A stretch of 64,000 bases of DNA from Negaprion brevirostris (taxonomy: Eukaryota), in assembly GCA_030324005.1 (NCBI GenBank), contig JARDVH010000163.1, positions 79,688,225 to 79,752,224 on the forward strand, in the 5' to 3' direction. The translations under genes were made by a program, and so were the position numbers. This document shows positions 52,629 to 64,000 of the stretch, one piece after another. Positions within the stretch are counted from its first letter, which is position 1. Each line of letters begins with the position of its first letter. The notes under the pieces are model-generated. The model ran no database searches. It was not told where the DNA came from and saw only the letters and a program-made list of their open reading frames with translations.

Positions 52629-53197
52629 GTAGGACGGAACTTGAGTATGGGCGGTGAGGCCTCCTCCATTTTATGGAAAATGGAGGTGGGTTGGTGAGAT
52701 GGCTGGAAGCTTCACTGCCCAATATTATCACTATTCTGTGCTGGCATTCACACCCCCCCACCCCCGATTGTGGGCAGGATTGCAGAGAAAGACTCCATCT
52801 CATATGAGGCCACAACCAGTCATTGAGAAAGGGAGCATTCAAAATGGCACTGCTAAAAAAGACACATGCTGTCGAAGCTTTTCAACTTGCACTCACCAGG
52901 ACAGAATTTTAAAAAATCAAATTTCAAAGGGAACAACAATTTTTGCTGCGTGAGAACAAGATGCTAGTTGATTGGTAGAAGCGTTGCCATGAAGAACGCA
53001 GTAGAAAATAGTTATCTCCCCTCCACCCAAGTTTTCGTTTAAAATCAAACCAGGCAGGTTGACTCAGATTTTTTGAGGCTTTGCCATGGGGGAATGTACC
53101 ATGGGGATGTGCTGAGAATTATGGTAACAACCAATTTAAGATTATCAGTCATCTTTGCAGTGTGGGTCACTTAACACTGCTAGAAGCCACTTATATT

Positions 53198-53516
53198 CAT
53201 AGAATGATAGAATCCCAACAGTGCGGAAGGAGGCCATTCAGCCCATCCAGCATGCACTGACCACAATCCCACCCAAGCCTCGTTCCCATAACCTCACGTA
53301 TTTACCCTGCTAATCTCCCTGACACCAAGGGGCAATTAGAATGGCCAATCAACCTAACATGCACACCGTCGGAAACCAGAGCACCCAGAGGAAACCTATG
53401 CAGACACGGGGAGAATGTGCAATCTCTACACAGACAGTGGCCCAAGCTGAGAATCAAACCCGGGTCCTTGGAGCCCTGAGGCAGTAATGCTAACTACTGA
53501 GCCATCATGTTGCCCC
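53198..53516 (-). mobile_element. HE1-type SINE
   Basis: Head, body and tail in reverse. Confidence 0.85.
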
Positions 53517-53787
53517 ACAGCATTCTCTTCTTTGCAAACAGGAAGAATATGCACCTTTTTTTAACCAACAGAAGCTTTGGAGACAACTTTTCTCTTGTGT
53601 ATTCCCCTTGGCAATGCCCCTACCAATCCAAGTCCACTTGCTAATCAATCAGTGCCCTTTTCTAGTGCTGTATAAATTGTTGTACCCTTTGAAATTTGGT
53701 ATTCTTGCATCTGTCCAGATGAGAACAAGATGAAAAGCTTCAACAGCCTCTCTCTTTTTTTTGGCAGTATTCAAGTTCTGTCCTACT

Positions 53788-54440
53788 CATACAAGATCAG
53801 AAACCCCAAGGTGTATGATGAAGTTAGACTAGACCCTATTCCAAATAATCTTTATTTAACAATACAGTTTAACTATACCAAATGAATTAGCTTAACGTTT
53901 ACCAACTGAATAATACTTAATGAGGTAAAAACCAGGCCGTCTATAAACAGCACAGCAAGCAACAAAAGCAGTGACAAAGGCAGCAACTTTTATGTCTTAA
54001 AATTGGAGCTACAACATAAGATCACAAAGCCTGTTTGTCTACAAATCTACCTGCATGGAAAGCTGATCTCTTATTTATAAGTCTACGAGCAACTAACTTC
54101 ATGACCTACTAGAACTTTACCTCTTCAAGGTTATTCTGCAACAACTTTGTTCTGTGACTTTTGTGAATACATTCACCTAGCTAAACTTTAAGAGTAGGAA
54201 GGAACCTCTTCTTCATTAGGCCTGGATTAAGACAAGCCAATCACTTCAGTTCTGAACTATTCCATTGTTTGTAAATTGTAAAAGTTCACTATCATCTTTA
54301 ACCGTATTTTCCTCAAATATGTGTGAGAATGAAAGTTCCTGTTTATTTGAACCCACGAAAAGCATGCCACTTTTTGCCCATGCATTTTCAGGGGTTAAGC
54401 AACACCCAGGTTTTCCTTTCCAAAGAATACACACATTATG
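53788..54440 (-). mobile_element. Second, inverted LTR-related copy
   Basis: 53788-53920 is the reverse complement of the 3' part of the 51820-52628 LTR (tacaagatca.aaacc.caag, aagttagactagaccc, tttatttaacaatacagtttaactata). The right boundary is approximate. Confidence 0.6.
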
Positions 54441-55705
54441 GGCAATAAGGAAAGGGCACAATAGTTTCAGTTCTCTGTTAACCTCCTAACAAACAGAATG
54501 GTAAAATGAGGCAAGGTAAGAGACGTGGGATTAGGAGGGTCTATGAAGTGTGAGATGCATAATGAAGAAGAATATTGAGACTGGATTTAGGATAGAGAGA
54601 AGGTGACCTAGCAGTGTGAGACTGAACTAGAAGAGAACCACTCACTGGGTTGAGTGCACACACTGTTGGTGGTTGTGGGATGGGAAAGCCCTTAGTTTGC
54701 TCAGGCTGTCAATGCTGGCACATCCTCCAAGCCACTTACATTGATTAGTCTCCAGGCTCTATCTAAAGCAGCATTTCATTCAGAGTCCTGCACCAGGCCG
54801 CAAGAATGTTCATTTGAAATTATTGTGGCCTGCTCAAGGTTTTTGGTGGGCTTCTCTCGCCATCCTCGGCTATTGCTTGGTACTTCCGCATGTAGCAACA
54901 CATTAACATGTCAACATATCTCTTATCTCCTCCAGACAAGTCTTCAGTTGTGTAATTAAGTAAGAGGAAAGGAAAATGCTATCAAATGGAGGGAATGCCT
55001 CACGGTGTACCAGACATCAGAATATTGCCTCCCAAGAACTGGGGCTGTGAACACCTTCCACTGGGTTTAGATACATCGTGGACAGAAAATCTTACCTTTG
55101 ACTTTAAGCAAAGTCAGAGGACAAAGGTTCACTTTTGCTCTCTCTCTCCCAGTCCTTAGGCTATACAATTAACAATCTGGAAAAGCCTTTCCAAACAGGC
55201 CCTACCCTTCAGTCCTTGGGTTATGGGATGGAATGGGGAGTTATGCTAAATACCTCAGCATATACTGATTGACGAAGAGCGATTAAAAATCAGTCAAGAC
55301 TCCATTCCTACTTGGGATGATGAGGCTGTGGCCATGTTGTATGTGTGAGCAATCCTGAACTGGGTACGGGGAGAGGCTGGTCTTGGCTCTCAAATCTCCA
55401 GGCCCCTGTCCATTCAGTTTTCTTTTGTTGTCCTTTAGTTTTCTTGTNNNNNNNNNNNNNNNNNNNNNNNNNNNNNNNNNNNNNNNNNNNNNNNNNNNNN
55501 NNNNNNNNNNNNNNNNNNNNNNNNNNNNNNNNNNNNNNNNNNNNNNNNNNNNNNNNNNNNNNNNNNNNNNNNNNNNNNNNNNNNNNNNNNNNNNNNNNNN
55601 NNNNNNNNNNNNNNNNNNNNNNNNNNNNNNNNNNNNNNNNNNNNNNNNNNNNNNNNNNNNNNNNNNNNNNNNNNNNNNNNNNNNNNNNNNNNNNNNNNNN
55701 NNNNN

Positions 55706-55830
55706 ACCACCGTCTGTACAGGGGTAACTCTTCCGTCGATTGACACGTGGTGGGGGGCTCCTCCTTTGACTTGTGTCTTGCCACTCGTGAGGATGCAATA
55801 CAATCCCTGCTGCCTGGTGATGGTAGCTAC
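55706..55830 (-). CDS. GRIP2: GRIP2 coding exon (linker), 3' end lost in assembly gap
   Basis: (G)SYHHQAAGIVLHPHEWQDTSQRRSPPPRVNRRKSYPCTDGG resembles the GRIP2 GSY...SPPP..RR.SY segment. Acceptor accctttcag, phase 1; runs into the N gap at 55448-55705, so the donor is not visible. Confidence 0.8.
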
Positions 55831-56736
55831 CTGAAAGGGTTAATAAAAAAAGAGAGAAGTACAATATTGTAGACATTACACAAAGGGAGGAAGTCTTTAA
55901 TCAGAAAAAAACATTTGTACTTATGTGCTTTTTAACACAGTAAGGTGTCGCCTCACAGAAGGGTTTTTGGTTGTTAATTTGTGTTTGGCACAATAACAAA
56001 ACCAGCCACAGGATGGCAGCAAATACTTTTAATCTGATGTGGCAGTGCTTTGCTGTTTGTCTAACCAGGCACAGAGACAGTAAATTCCATTGGCAGTGGT
56101 CTTGGCAGCTATACCTGGACATTGGGCACTATTCGGTGCTGAAACAGTTACATAGCAACGGCCAAAAATCAAGTTCTGTTCCATGCCTCGCAGCCAATCA
56201 CCACCCAGGTNNNNNNNNNNNNNNNNNNNNNNNNNNNNNNNNNNNNNNNNNNNNNNNNNNNNNNNNNNNNNNNNNNNNNNNNNNNNNNNNNNNNNNNNNN
56301 NNNNNNNNNNNNNNNNNNNNNNNNNNNNNNNNNNNNNNNNNNNNNNNNNNCTAAGTCAAAGTGTACCTTTTGCCCAGCAGCCACCCTCGCACAGGTTAAA
56401 CACTGCCCCTATCCAGATGCTAGCTACCACCCAAATCCAGCCCCATCTGATGGAATGAGCATGTCCCTAAACATATATCCTGATAGAATTTGAAAGGGCA
56501 AACATTGCACATTTTTCTCTCTCTGCTTCCAAATCCAGGGAGAAAACTTGGGTCCCACTGACATTGCCTCTACTGTGTGGCTGAAACTGGGAACTCACGT
56601 GAGGAGCAATGGGTATAAATCCATACCCAACCTCTCCATGGCACATTGGTACAGCAAAACTGTTCACAAACACCAGTGTGAACTGAATGTTGAAACAGGC
56701 ATATTCTAGCCACATTAAATTGTCTGATGGTCTCAC

Positions 56737-56913
56737 CTTGGCTTCCAAATGCTCCATCAAGCCCTGAGCCATCCCACGATTCCATGGCACTGTCCATGCT
56801 GGGAATGGTGTTTGAGTGGATTTTGGAGAGTCTGTTTGATTTCAGGGAGTCGGGGAGTTCATCTTCAGGGTCGCTCAGTTCACCCACAGCACTGGACTTT
56901 TTTGAAAAGGAAC
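56737..56913 (-). CDS. GRIP2: GRIP2 coding exon (PDZ6-PDZ7 linker)
   Basis: (R)SFSKKSSAVGELSDPEDELPDSLKSNRLSKIHSNTIPSMDSAMESWDGSGLDGAFGSQ contains the GRIP motif PSxDSAxxSWDGS. Acceptor ttttcttccag, donor G|gtgag, 177 nt, phase 1 to 1. Confidence 0.9.
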
Positions 56914-58256
56914 CTGGAAGAAAAGAGTTTGAAATTTAAATTAAACATGGATTTAAGAGGGATGTGGGTGTTGCTGGCATTTATTGTTCATCCCCATGTA
57001 CTCTTGAAAAGGTGGGGCTGGGACTTTTCCTGTAACTGTTGTCTATGTGTGTGATGAAGGTGTTCTGAAAAGGTGGCGAGTTCCACCCAGTGGCTACGCA
57101 GGGTCAGCACCATCTGCTTCACAGACTAACATCTGCATTCCATCAACAGTTTTTTAGTGAACTTGGGCAGTGGTAACCAGGGCCTGAGTTTATTGGATGG
57201 TGGGGACTCAGCTTCCAGCCATCTGAAGAACCAGCAGACGACACATCCCTGCCCACTCTGACAGACCTGCCCGCTGCCATTTCACATTCCATGAACATTG
57301 ATTGGCATTGGGCTGGTCTTCCATCCGTACCTGAAAGCAAACCAGCCAAATAGATGGCCCTTCAGCCCATCCAGGCACAGTGCTGTGTTGGCCGGAAGAG
57401 GCAGTGCAGCTACGTGCCTGGGACCAAGGCCAGAATTTTCCAGACCATTCCACAGTGAGTTTTTCCATGGCAGATGCAACAAGCTATTGGCCGTCAGGGG
57501 GGTTTTCTGACGTTGCCAAACCAGTGGCCGTTTGTGTGGCTTCCCAGCCCCACTCCCGGAGAACGTGAGACAGGTCTCAACCATAGGGCTCAACCACAGC
57601 AGCAGNNNNNNNNNNNNNNNNNNNNNNNNNNNNNNNNNNNNNNNNNNNNNNNNNNNNNNNNNNNNNNNNNNNNNNNNNNNNNNNNNNNNNNNNNNNNNNN
57701 NNNNNNNNNNNNNNNNNNNNNNNNNNNNNNNNNNNNNNNNNNNNNNNNNNNNNNNNNNNNNNNNNNNNNNNNNNNNNNNNNNNNNNNNNNNNNNNNNNNN
57801 NNNNNNNNNNNNNNNNNNNNNNNNNNNNNNNNNNNNNNNNNNNNNNNNNNNNNNNNNNNNNNNNNNNNNNNNNNNNNNNNNNNNNNNNNNNNNNNNNNNN
57901 NNNNNNNNNNNNNNNNNNNNNNNNNNNNNNNNNNNNNNNNNNNNNNNNNNNNNNNNNNNNNNNNNNNNNNNNNNNNNNNNNNNNNNNNNNNNNNNNNNNN
58001 NNNNNNNNNNNNNNNNNNNNNNNNNNNNNNNNNNNNNNNNNNNNNNNNNNNNNNNNNNNNNNNNNNNNNNNNNNNNNNNNNNNNNNNNNNNNNNNNNNNN
58101 NNNNNNNNNNNNNNNNNNNNNNNNNNNNNNNNNNNNNNNNNNNNNNNNNNNNNNNNNNNNNNNNNNNNNNNNNNNNNNNNNNNNNNNNNNNNNNNNNNNN
58201 NNNNNNNNNNNNNNNNNNNNNNNNNNNNNNNNNNNNNNNNNNNNNNNNNNNNNNNN

Positions 58257-58500
58257 CAGGGATAACTCCCCTGTTCTTCTTCCACATAGTGCCATGGGTT
58301 CTTTTACATCCACCCAGACAGGCTACCCTAACCCTAACCCTAGTGTTGCACAGCTTAACTGAAAGACAATACTTCCAACAGTGCAGCACTCCATCATTAT
58401 GGCACTGCAGTGCCAGCCCTAATCATTTAGACTCAAGCCCTGAGTAAGACTTGATGCCAGCACCTTGTGGTTCAGAGATCAGAGTGCTACTTACAGAGCC
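58257..58500 (-). mobile_element. Deu-domain SINE fragment
   Basis: Reverse complement of gtggatgtaaaagaacccatggcactatgtggaagaagaacaggggagttatccc, plus a tRNA-like head near 58430-58500. Confidence 0.65.
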
Positions 58501-59341
58501 ACAAATGACAACTGCATATTCCCAAGTCCAAGATGAATCTTGAAAGTGACTGTGTTCCTTGTCCCTGTAGGTGGGAGGTTTGAATGGTGATGTCCCGGGA
58601 GTTGCTGTGTTGCATTTTGTACATCCCTGATGCAGCAGTGGTGCAGGGAATAAATGTTTAATAGGTTGCCAATCACACTGCTTAATGCTGCATCGTGTTA
58701 AGCTTCTTGAATCTAGTTGCAGTGGCATCAGGGATGTCAGGCTGTGTTCAAGGTTTCAGTCAGGACCTGGTTAGGTACAGGTTATAGTTCGCTGCCATAG
58801 TCGGCTTAATATCAGCAACATTATCTGGAGAAAATTTAAAAGACGGAGAAGTGGGCAGAGGGGCCTCCATCTTCCTTTCTCTCTCTCTCTCTCTTTCACT
58901 TATCTGAACTGCAGACTAAAGTTTCTTCCAAGTGGGACAGCCTCCAATTGGGCAACTCTGATAGGCTCCTGCTATTCTTACTGGACAGTGAGTCCATGCT
59001 CTGACTTCTAATTGGCCAATTCAGGATAGATCAATGCTAGATGACAGTTTTTCACATAGCATGGGGTTGTCATCCCCATTTAACCCTGATGCCCAGACCC
59101 TGTTTTCACTCATTTAGGAAGATGAAGAAAGCTGCAAATGTGAACTGAGAAACTGCCTTCAATATTTCTCCTTAAATCACCGCACAGTCAGTTTTCAATG
59201 TAGGGCTGAAGGCATCCTTTATGGTTGCTTGTGGGGTTTATTGTATTCTTGATAATTAATGCAGTGAATGATCAGATATATTACTGTCTGTAGTTGTATG
59301 GACCTCTATAAAGGATAAGCAAGGAATTACCCAACATTTTT

Positions 59342-59455
59342 CTCTTCACACCCTCCTGTCCTGTCAGCGGCTGTCTGCTCTGCCTCACTCCATGGACCCT
59401 CTTCACACCCTCCTGACCTGTCAGGGGCTGTCTGCTCTGCCTCACTCCATGGACG
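59342..59455 (+). repeat. 57-bp direct tandem duplication
   Basis: Two adjacent copies of ctcttcacaccctcctg.cctgtcag.ggctgtctgctctgcctcactccatggac. Confidence 0.95.
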
Positions 59456-60307
59456 CTGCTCAGAGTGCCACTGAATGTTGTTAACTGCCAGGCCCACCCT
59501 GATGACTGCGTGCACACAATCGAAAGAGACAGATTCTGGCTGATCCACAATGAAAAGGGCCAAGAATCCTTGACTGGGATACTCTAGCCCTGTATAGACC
59601 ACAGATAGTGGAATAGTTCCACAAGAGCTATTGTGGAGGAAAGAATTACTTTGTCGGGATTTACACAGCTCCTGACATTATTGACAACATTAGAAAAATA
59701 GCCTGTTTCACCATTCAATTAGACCATTCGTATGTTCAAGGCTGAGACAGACAGATTTTTAATCAGTAATGGAATCAAGGGTTCTGGGGATAAGACGGGG
59801 AAGTGGAGTTGAGGATTATCACATCAGATCAATCATGATCTCACTGAATGGCAGAGCTAACTTGATGGGTCGAATGGCCTACTTCTGCTCTTAGGCTGAT
59901 TTGCATCGCAACTCCATCCAACCAGCTTTTCTCCATATCTCTTTATAGTCTTACCCTCGGAGGATATTACCAATCTCGTCTACTGGAGTTCCATTTCTCC
60001 CAGAATCAACAAATTGGACAGTGCTCCAAATTTTGACCAGTGTTTGCTTGGAAAACTGCTTCCTGATTTCTCACCTAAACTGCCTGACACTAATTTGAAG
60101 ATCATGTCCCCCCACCAGAGGAATTCTTTCCCTGTATCAACCCACTCAACTCCTTTTAACATTTTAAACACCTCAATTAGATTGCGCCTCAATCTTCAAA
60201 ACTCATGAAGCGTACAAGTCAGGTTTACANNNNNNNNNNATGTAACCCCCCAAGCTCCACAATTCCTCCTCCCTCATTCTCATAACACTCCCATGGTTAA
60301 TACTCAC

Positions 60308-60447
60308 GGTCTGCTTGCTTCTTGATTTTCAGGGTTACTGTCTCCCCAGCCATCTGGAGCAAGTGGATGGCTTCGCTCAGTGGTTTGCCCTTAAGGCTCA
60401 CTGTGTTGATGGCTAATATCCTGTCCCCTATGTGAATGGCCCCTGTC
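60308..60447 (-). CDS. GRIP2: GRIP2 coding exon (PDZ6 C-terminal half)
   Basis: Hand translation [46 protein letters not shown] (absent from the ORF track). Acceptor ggtttttag, donor C|gtgagt, 140 nt, phase 2 to 1. Confidence 0.93.
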
Positions 60448-61257
60448 CTAAAAACCAGAATGAAAAATCAACCCAAAATCCACACCACAATTCACCCCAA
60501 CCTNNNNNNNTCAACAAACCATTGAGACTACACCTGCTACTTTCAAACATTAGTCTGTCGGGAGGATTTTCAAAGGCACAAATACATGCTGCATGGAAAG
60601 ACTGTCAGAGCCCAAAACAGGGATAGATATTACTGAAGAATGGCACATGTTGTTGAAACTTTTCATCTTAAATTCATCAGGTCAAAGTGCAAGAATTCCA
60701 AATTTAAAGGGAAGAACAATTTATACTTCATGAGACCAGTCAGTCAGCATTCTCTTATCGTGAAGTGTAAATTATTATTCTTGTCAAATTTGGTGTTCTT
60801 GTGAATTATCCTGGTGAGTGCAAGGCAAAAAGCTTCAACAATGTGTCCTTTCTGAGTAGATAGAATGTTCTCCATGGGCTTCCGAACATCAGGTGAAATG
60901 TGAGTCCCTCTACAGGGTGGCTGCTGCTGCACCATGTCAGGCTGGGAGGACCTCTGGGCCACCTTCAGGGAGCTAAACTGTCCCTTGCCATCCATAGGAA
61001 CCAGGAGGCCAATGAGAAAATCCCAGTCGGCCATTGTTGGTAGGTCTTAATCAGTTAAATCAAGTACCCACCACAAGTGGGGGAATAGCCCTGCCAACCC
61101 CCCATCCCCCAGTGCAAATATAGCCAGGGTATGGATTGAAGCTGGAAAATGGCACCCAGTGGCATAGGGCTCCTAACCCCCACCCCCCCAATACTAACCC
61201 TGGTGGGATCTAAGAATCAAGCCTCGTGAATAGTAGTAGTGGTCCCTGTTTACAACG

Positions 61258-62260
61258 AGGAGGGATCTTCCGCCCATTTTTGGCGGGAAGGAATGGCAGA
61301 GAATCAAGTGGGAGTTCCAGAACGGTTTTTACGTGATGGGATTTCTCTGCTCGATTGTCCCCGCTTTCCCACCCTGCCATGATGGTAACACCATTATAAT
61401 GCATTTAAACATAATTGGCGGGTCTTCCGCCGTAACATCACCCCATGTAGCAAAGCCCCACCCCACTAGCGCAATGTCACATCGACACGGTTTACAAAAG
61501 GTTTTTAAAAACAGGAGACTACAGAACCCCCATGGGGATGCACAGGTGAGGAGAGCCCACAGAAGGGAGAAGGTATGCCTGGATAGTACCCTGCCAGGAG
61601 ACAGAGCCAGGGACAGTGCCAGTGGGCAGTGCTGGAACAAAATGCTGTGGGTGAGGTGCCGGGCATTCTATGCTCATGGGGCTGGGGTTCTTTTATTCTA
61701 TTTTTATCTTTTTTCGCATTGAGACTCCCTGATCTGCCAAGAGATGAGTTTGAGTCTGTAGTGTGATGTCATGGGACCCACCTCCTTGATTGCTTTTGGC
61801 TATGAGATAAAGGATATGGTGGGAAAAGCCAGCAGAATTGTTGACTTTTCCTACCTGAGTTGACATGTGGACAAAAAAAAATAAGAAAACTCTGCCCAGC
61901 ATGACCCACCAGTGCTAATTTGACCCCTTCCACTCTGAGGTCAACAGGTGAAAGGTCACTATTCACTGTTGACTGAATGATAGGGGCTGCTTTCAGGAAG
62001 TGTGACTCCCCGCAGCTCACTGAGAGGAGGAGAATGTGAGGAACACACTCACAGGAAAAGGCACTTATACACATGGAGTCTGCCATTTTGTTCATCCCAG
62101 GACTTTTCAATGGTAGATTCCTGCAGACCCAGCCCATGGGAAACCACTACTGGCTGTCCATTATATTCCAGCAGTCACTGCAAGCACTTCCTCCCCACAC
62201 AGGATCAGTGACTCAGCCCCAAAAGTAGCCTCCCCTGCCTCTTCCCATGAAATTCACCCC
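61258..62260. mobile_element. Probable non-autonomous Harbinger-derived element
   Basis: GC-rich ends gggatcttccgccc ... gaaattcacccc resemble the other Harbinger-type termini in the window. Confidence 0.4.
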
Positions 62261-62356
62261 GCATCTAATAACTAACTCAGGAACATGCACATCTCTGTTC
62301 TACTCCCCATCCCCATTTTATTATGCCACGTGCAGACCTTTGCTGTAGATTTTCTA

Positions 62357-62629
<273 letters not shown>

Positions 62630-62710
62630 TTAGTTCACTTGGTACATTTTCTTGAAGCTTACAACTAATTTTGTAGGGCTATGGTCCAGGTTACACTTAA
62701 TGGATTGTTG

Positions 62711-63185
62711 GTGTAGAGGGAGTTTTATTCTGGATCTAACCCCGTGCTATACCTGTCCTGAGAGTGTTTGATAGGAAGAGTGTAGAGGGAGTTTTACTCT
62801 GTATCTAACCCCGTGCTGTATGTCCCCCGGGAGTGTCTGATGGGGACACTGTACGGGGGAGCTTTACTCTATATCTAATCCCATGCTGTATCAATGCTTA
62901 GAGTGTTTGACGGGGACAGTGTACAGGAGAGCTTTACTCTGTATCTAACCCCGTGCTTAGCTGTCCTGGAAATGTTGATGGGGACAGAGTACGGGGGAGC
63001 TTTACTCTATGTCTAACCCCATACTGTACCTGTGATGAAAGTGTTGATGGGGATAATGTACAGGAGAGCTTTACTTTGTATCTAACTCCTTGCTATACCT
63101 GTGCTGTGAGTGTTTGATGCGGACAGTATTGAGGGAGCTTTACTCTATATCTAACCCCGTGCTGTACCTGTCCTGGGAATGTTTG
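62711..63185 (+). repeat. ~69-bp tandem repeat, about 7 diverged units
   Basis: Unit gtgtagagggagctttactctgtatctaaccccgtgctgtacctgtcctgggagtgtttgatggggaca recurs at 62711, 62780, 62849 and onward. Confidence 0.92.
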
Positions 63186-63377
63186 TACTTTATGAGGGAA
63201 CAATTGTTTTAATGGGACTTGTTCCTAATGTATTTTGCTACATCTGATGGACATCACTGAACTCAGTTAGCTCAAAGGTAAGCTCATCCCCCAGGGGATC
63301 TACGTAAAAAAGAACACCATAAAGAGAATGGAGATTTCTGGAGGTTGAGGCTCCTGTCCTCTCTGAACACTCAATAC

Positions 63378-63523
63378 CTGAGTTGTCCTCATCCTTTCGG
63401 ATCTTCAGTTTAACCAATTCGTCACATTGCTGCAAGATTTGCACCGCGTCCTCCATTGAGCAGTTCTCCAGTCGGATGTTGTCAATAGCTAGGAGTTTGT
63501 CCCCAGGCTCCAAAGTCCCAGTT
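63378..63523 (-). CDS. GRIP2: GRIP2 coding exon (C-terminal half of PDZ5)
   Basis: Translates [48 protein letters not shown], near-identical to vertebrate GRIP PDZ5 as recalled. Acceptor ccccaacag, donor G|gtattg, 146 nt, phase 2 to 1. Upstream exons lie beyond the window. Confidence 0.93.
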
Positions 63524-64000
63524 CTGTTGGGGAAAGGAACAAAGTACTCAGCATACCAGGTTGCAAAGCAGTGACCTAAACGGAACATCTTCCAGACCCC
63601 AGTTCCTGAGTTCAAGCTGCAAGTCTCCTGCTGAGCCTCATGCAGAATGAACTCTTTATCCCAGCAATTATCTGGTCACGATCACATTGTTATTGTGGGA
63701 TCTTGCTGTGCGTTTGTTGGCTGCTGCCTTTCCTACATTACAATAATGACTACACTTCACTGGCTTTAAAACACTTTGACGGCTCTCAAAGGTGGCACAA
63801 AAGGTCTTTCAAAAGTAAATGCAAGTCTTTCTTTACAATCTACAGGCATTCAAAACCCACATAATGTTGTTTCTTGCATTTACCTCAACTTTCCCAATCT
63901 TTAAGGCTCAGTGTGGTTCCATGTTTGACTGCTCACCTCAGTTCCGCAATAGAGAAGACAATATCACCAATGTCATCACCCACAATCATTAAAATGGTTT

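Noticed and set aside
58326-58342. ccctaaccctaacccta telomere-like motif
   Set aside because: Under three units and inside a SINE; too short to call an interstitial telomere.
57282-58389. ORFs of 230-340 aa in the ORF track
   Set aside because: Their length comes from N runs translated as X; the same applies at 4.3-4.8, 36.9-37.4 and 55.4-55.7 kb.

Overview
Vertebrate genomic DNA, almost certainly from a shark or other elasmobranch (dense HE1/V-SINE-type tRNA-derived SINEs, CR1 LINEs and Deu-type SINEs), with many N gaps. The right half (about 30.2-63.5 kb, minus strand) holds the 3' part of a GRIP-family multi-PDZ scaffold gene, most likely GRIP2. Nine coding exons (end of PDZ5, PDZ6, linker, PDZ7, stop at 33314) have GT-AG boundaries and compatible phases wherever both ends are visible, and a probable ~3.1-kb 3' UTR follows. 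The left half is repeat-rich: a decayed two-gene PIF/Harbinger transposon, Harbinger-derived non-autonomous elements, a CR1 LINE, SINEs and minisatellites, plus a few unexplained splice-competent plus-strand segments. Most notable: (i) two families of minimal hammerhead-ribozyme-like motifs in Penelope-like repeats, repeatedly arranged as inverted pairs; (ii) an in-frame upstream alternative acceptor in a GRIP2 linker exon containing a single TGA; (iii) a nested inverted LTR/hammerhead architecture in a GRIP2 intron. All identifications are by eye and from recalled sequences; no database searches were run, and repeat boundaries are approximate.
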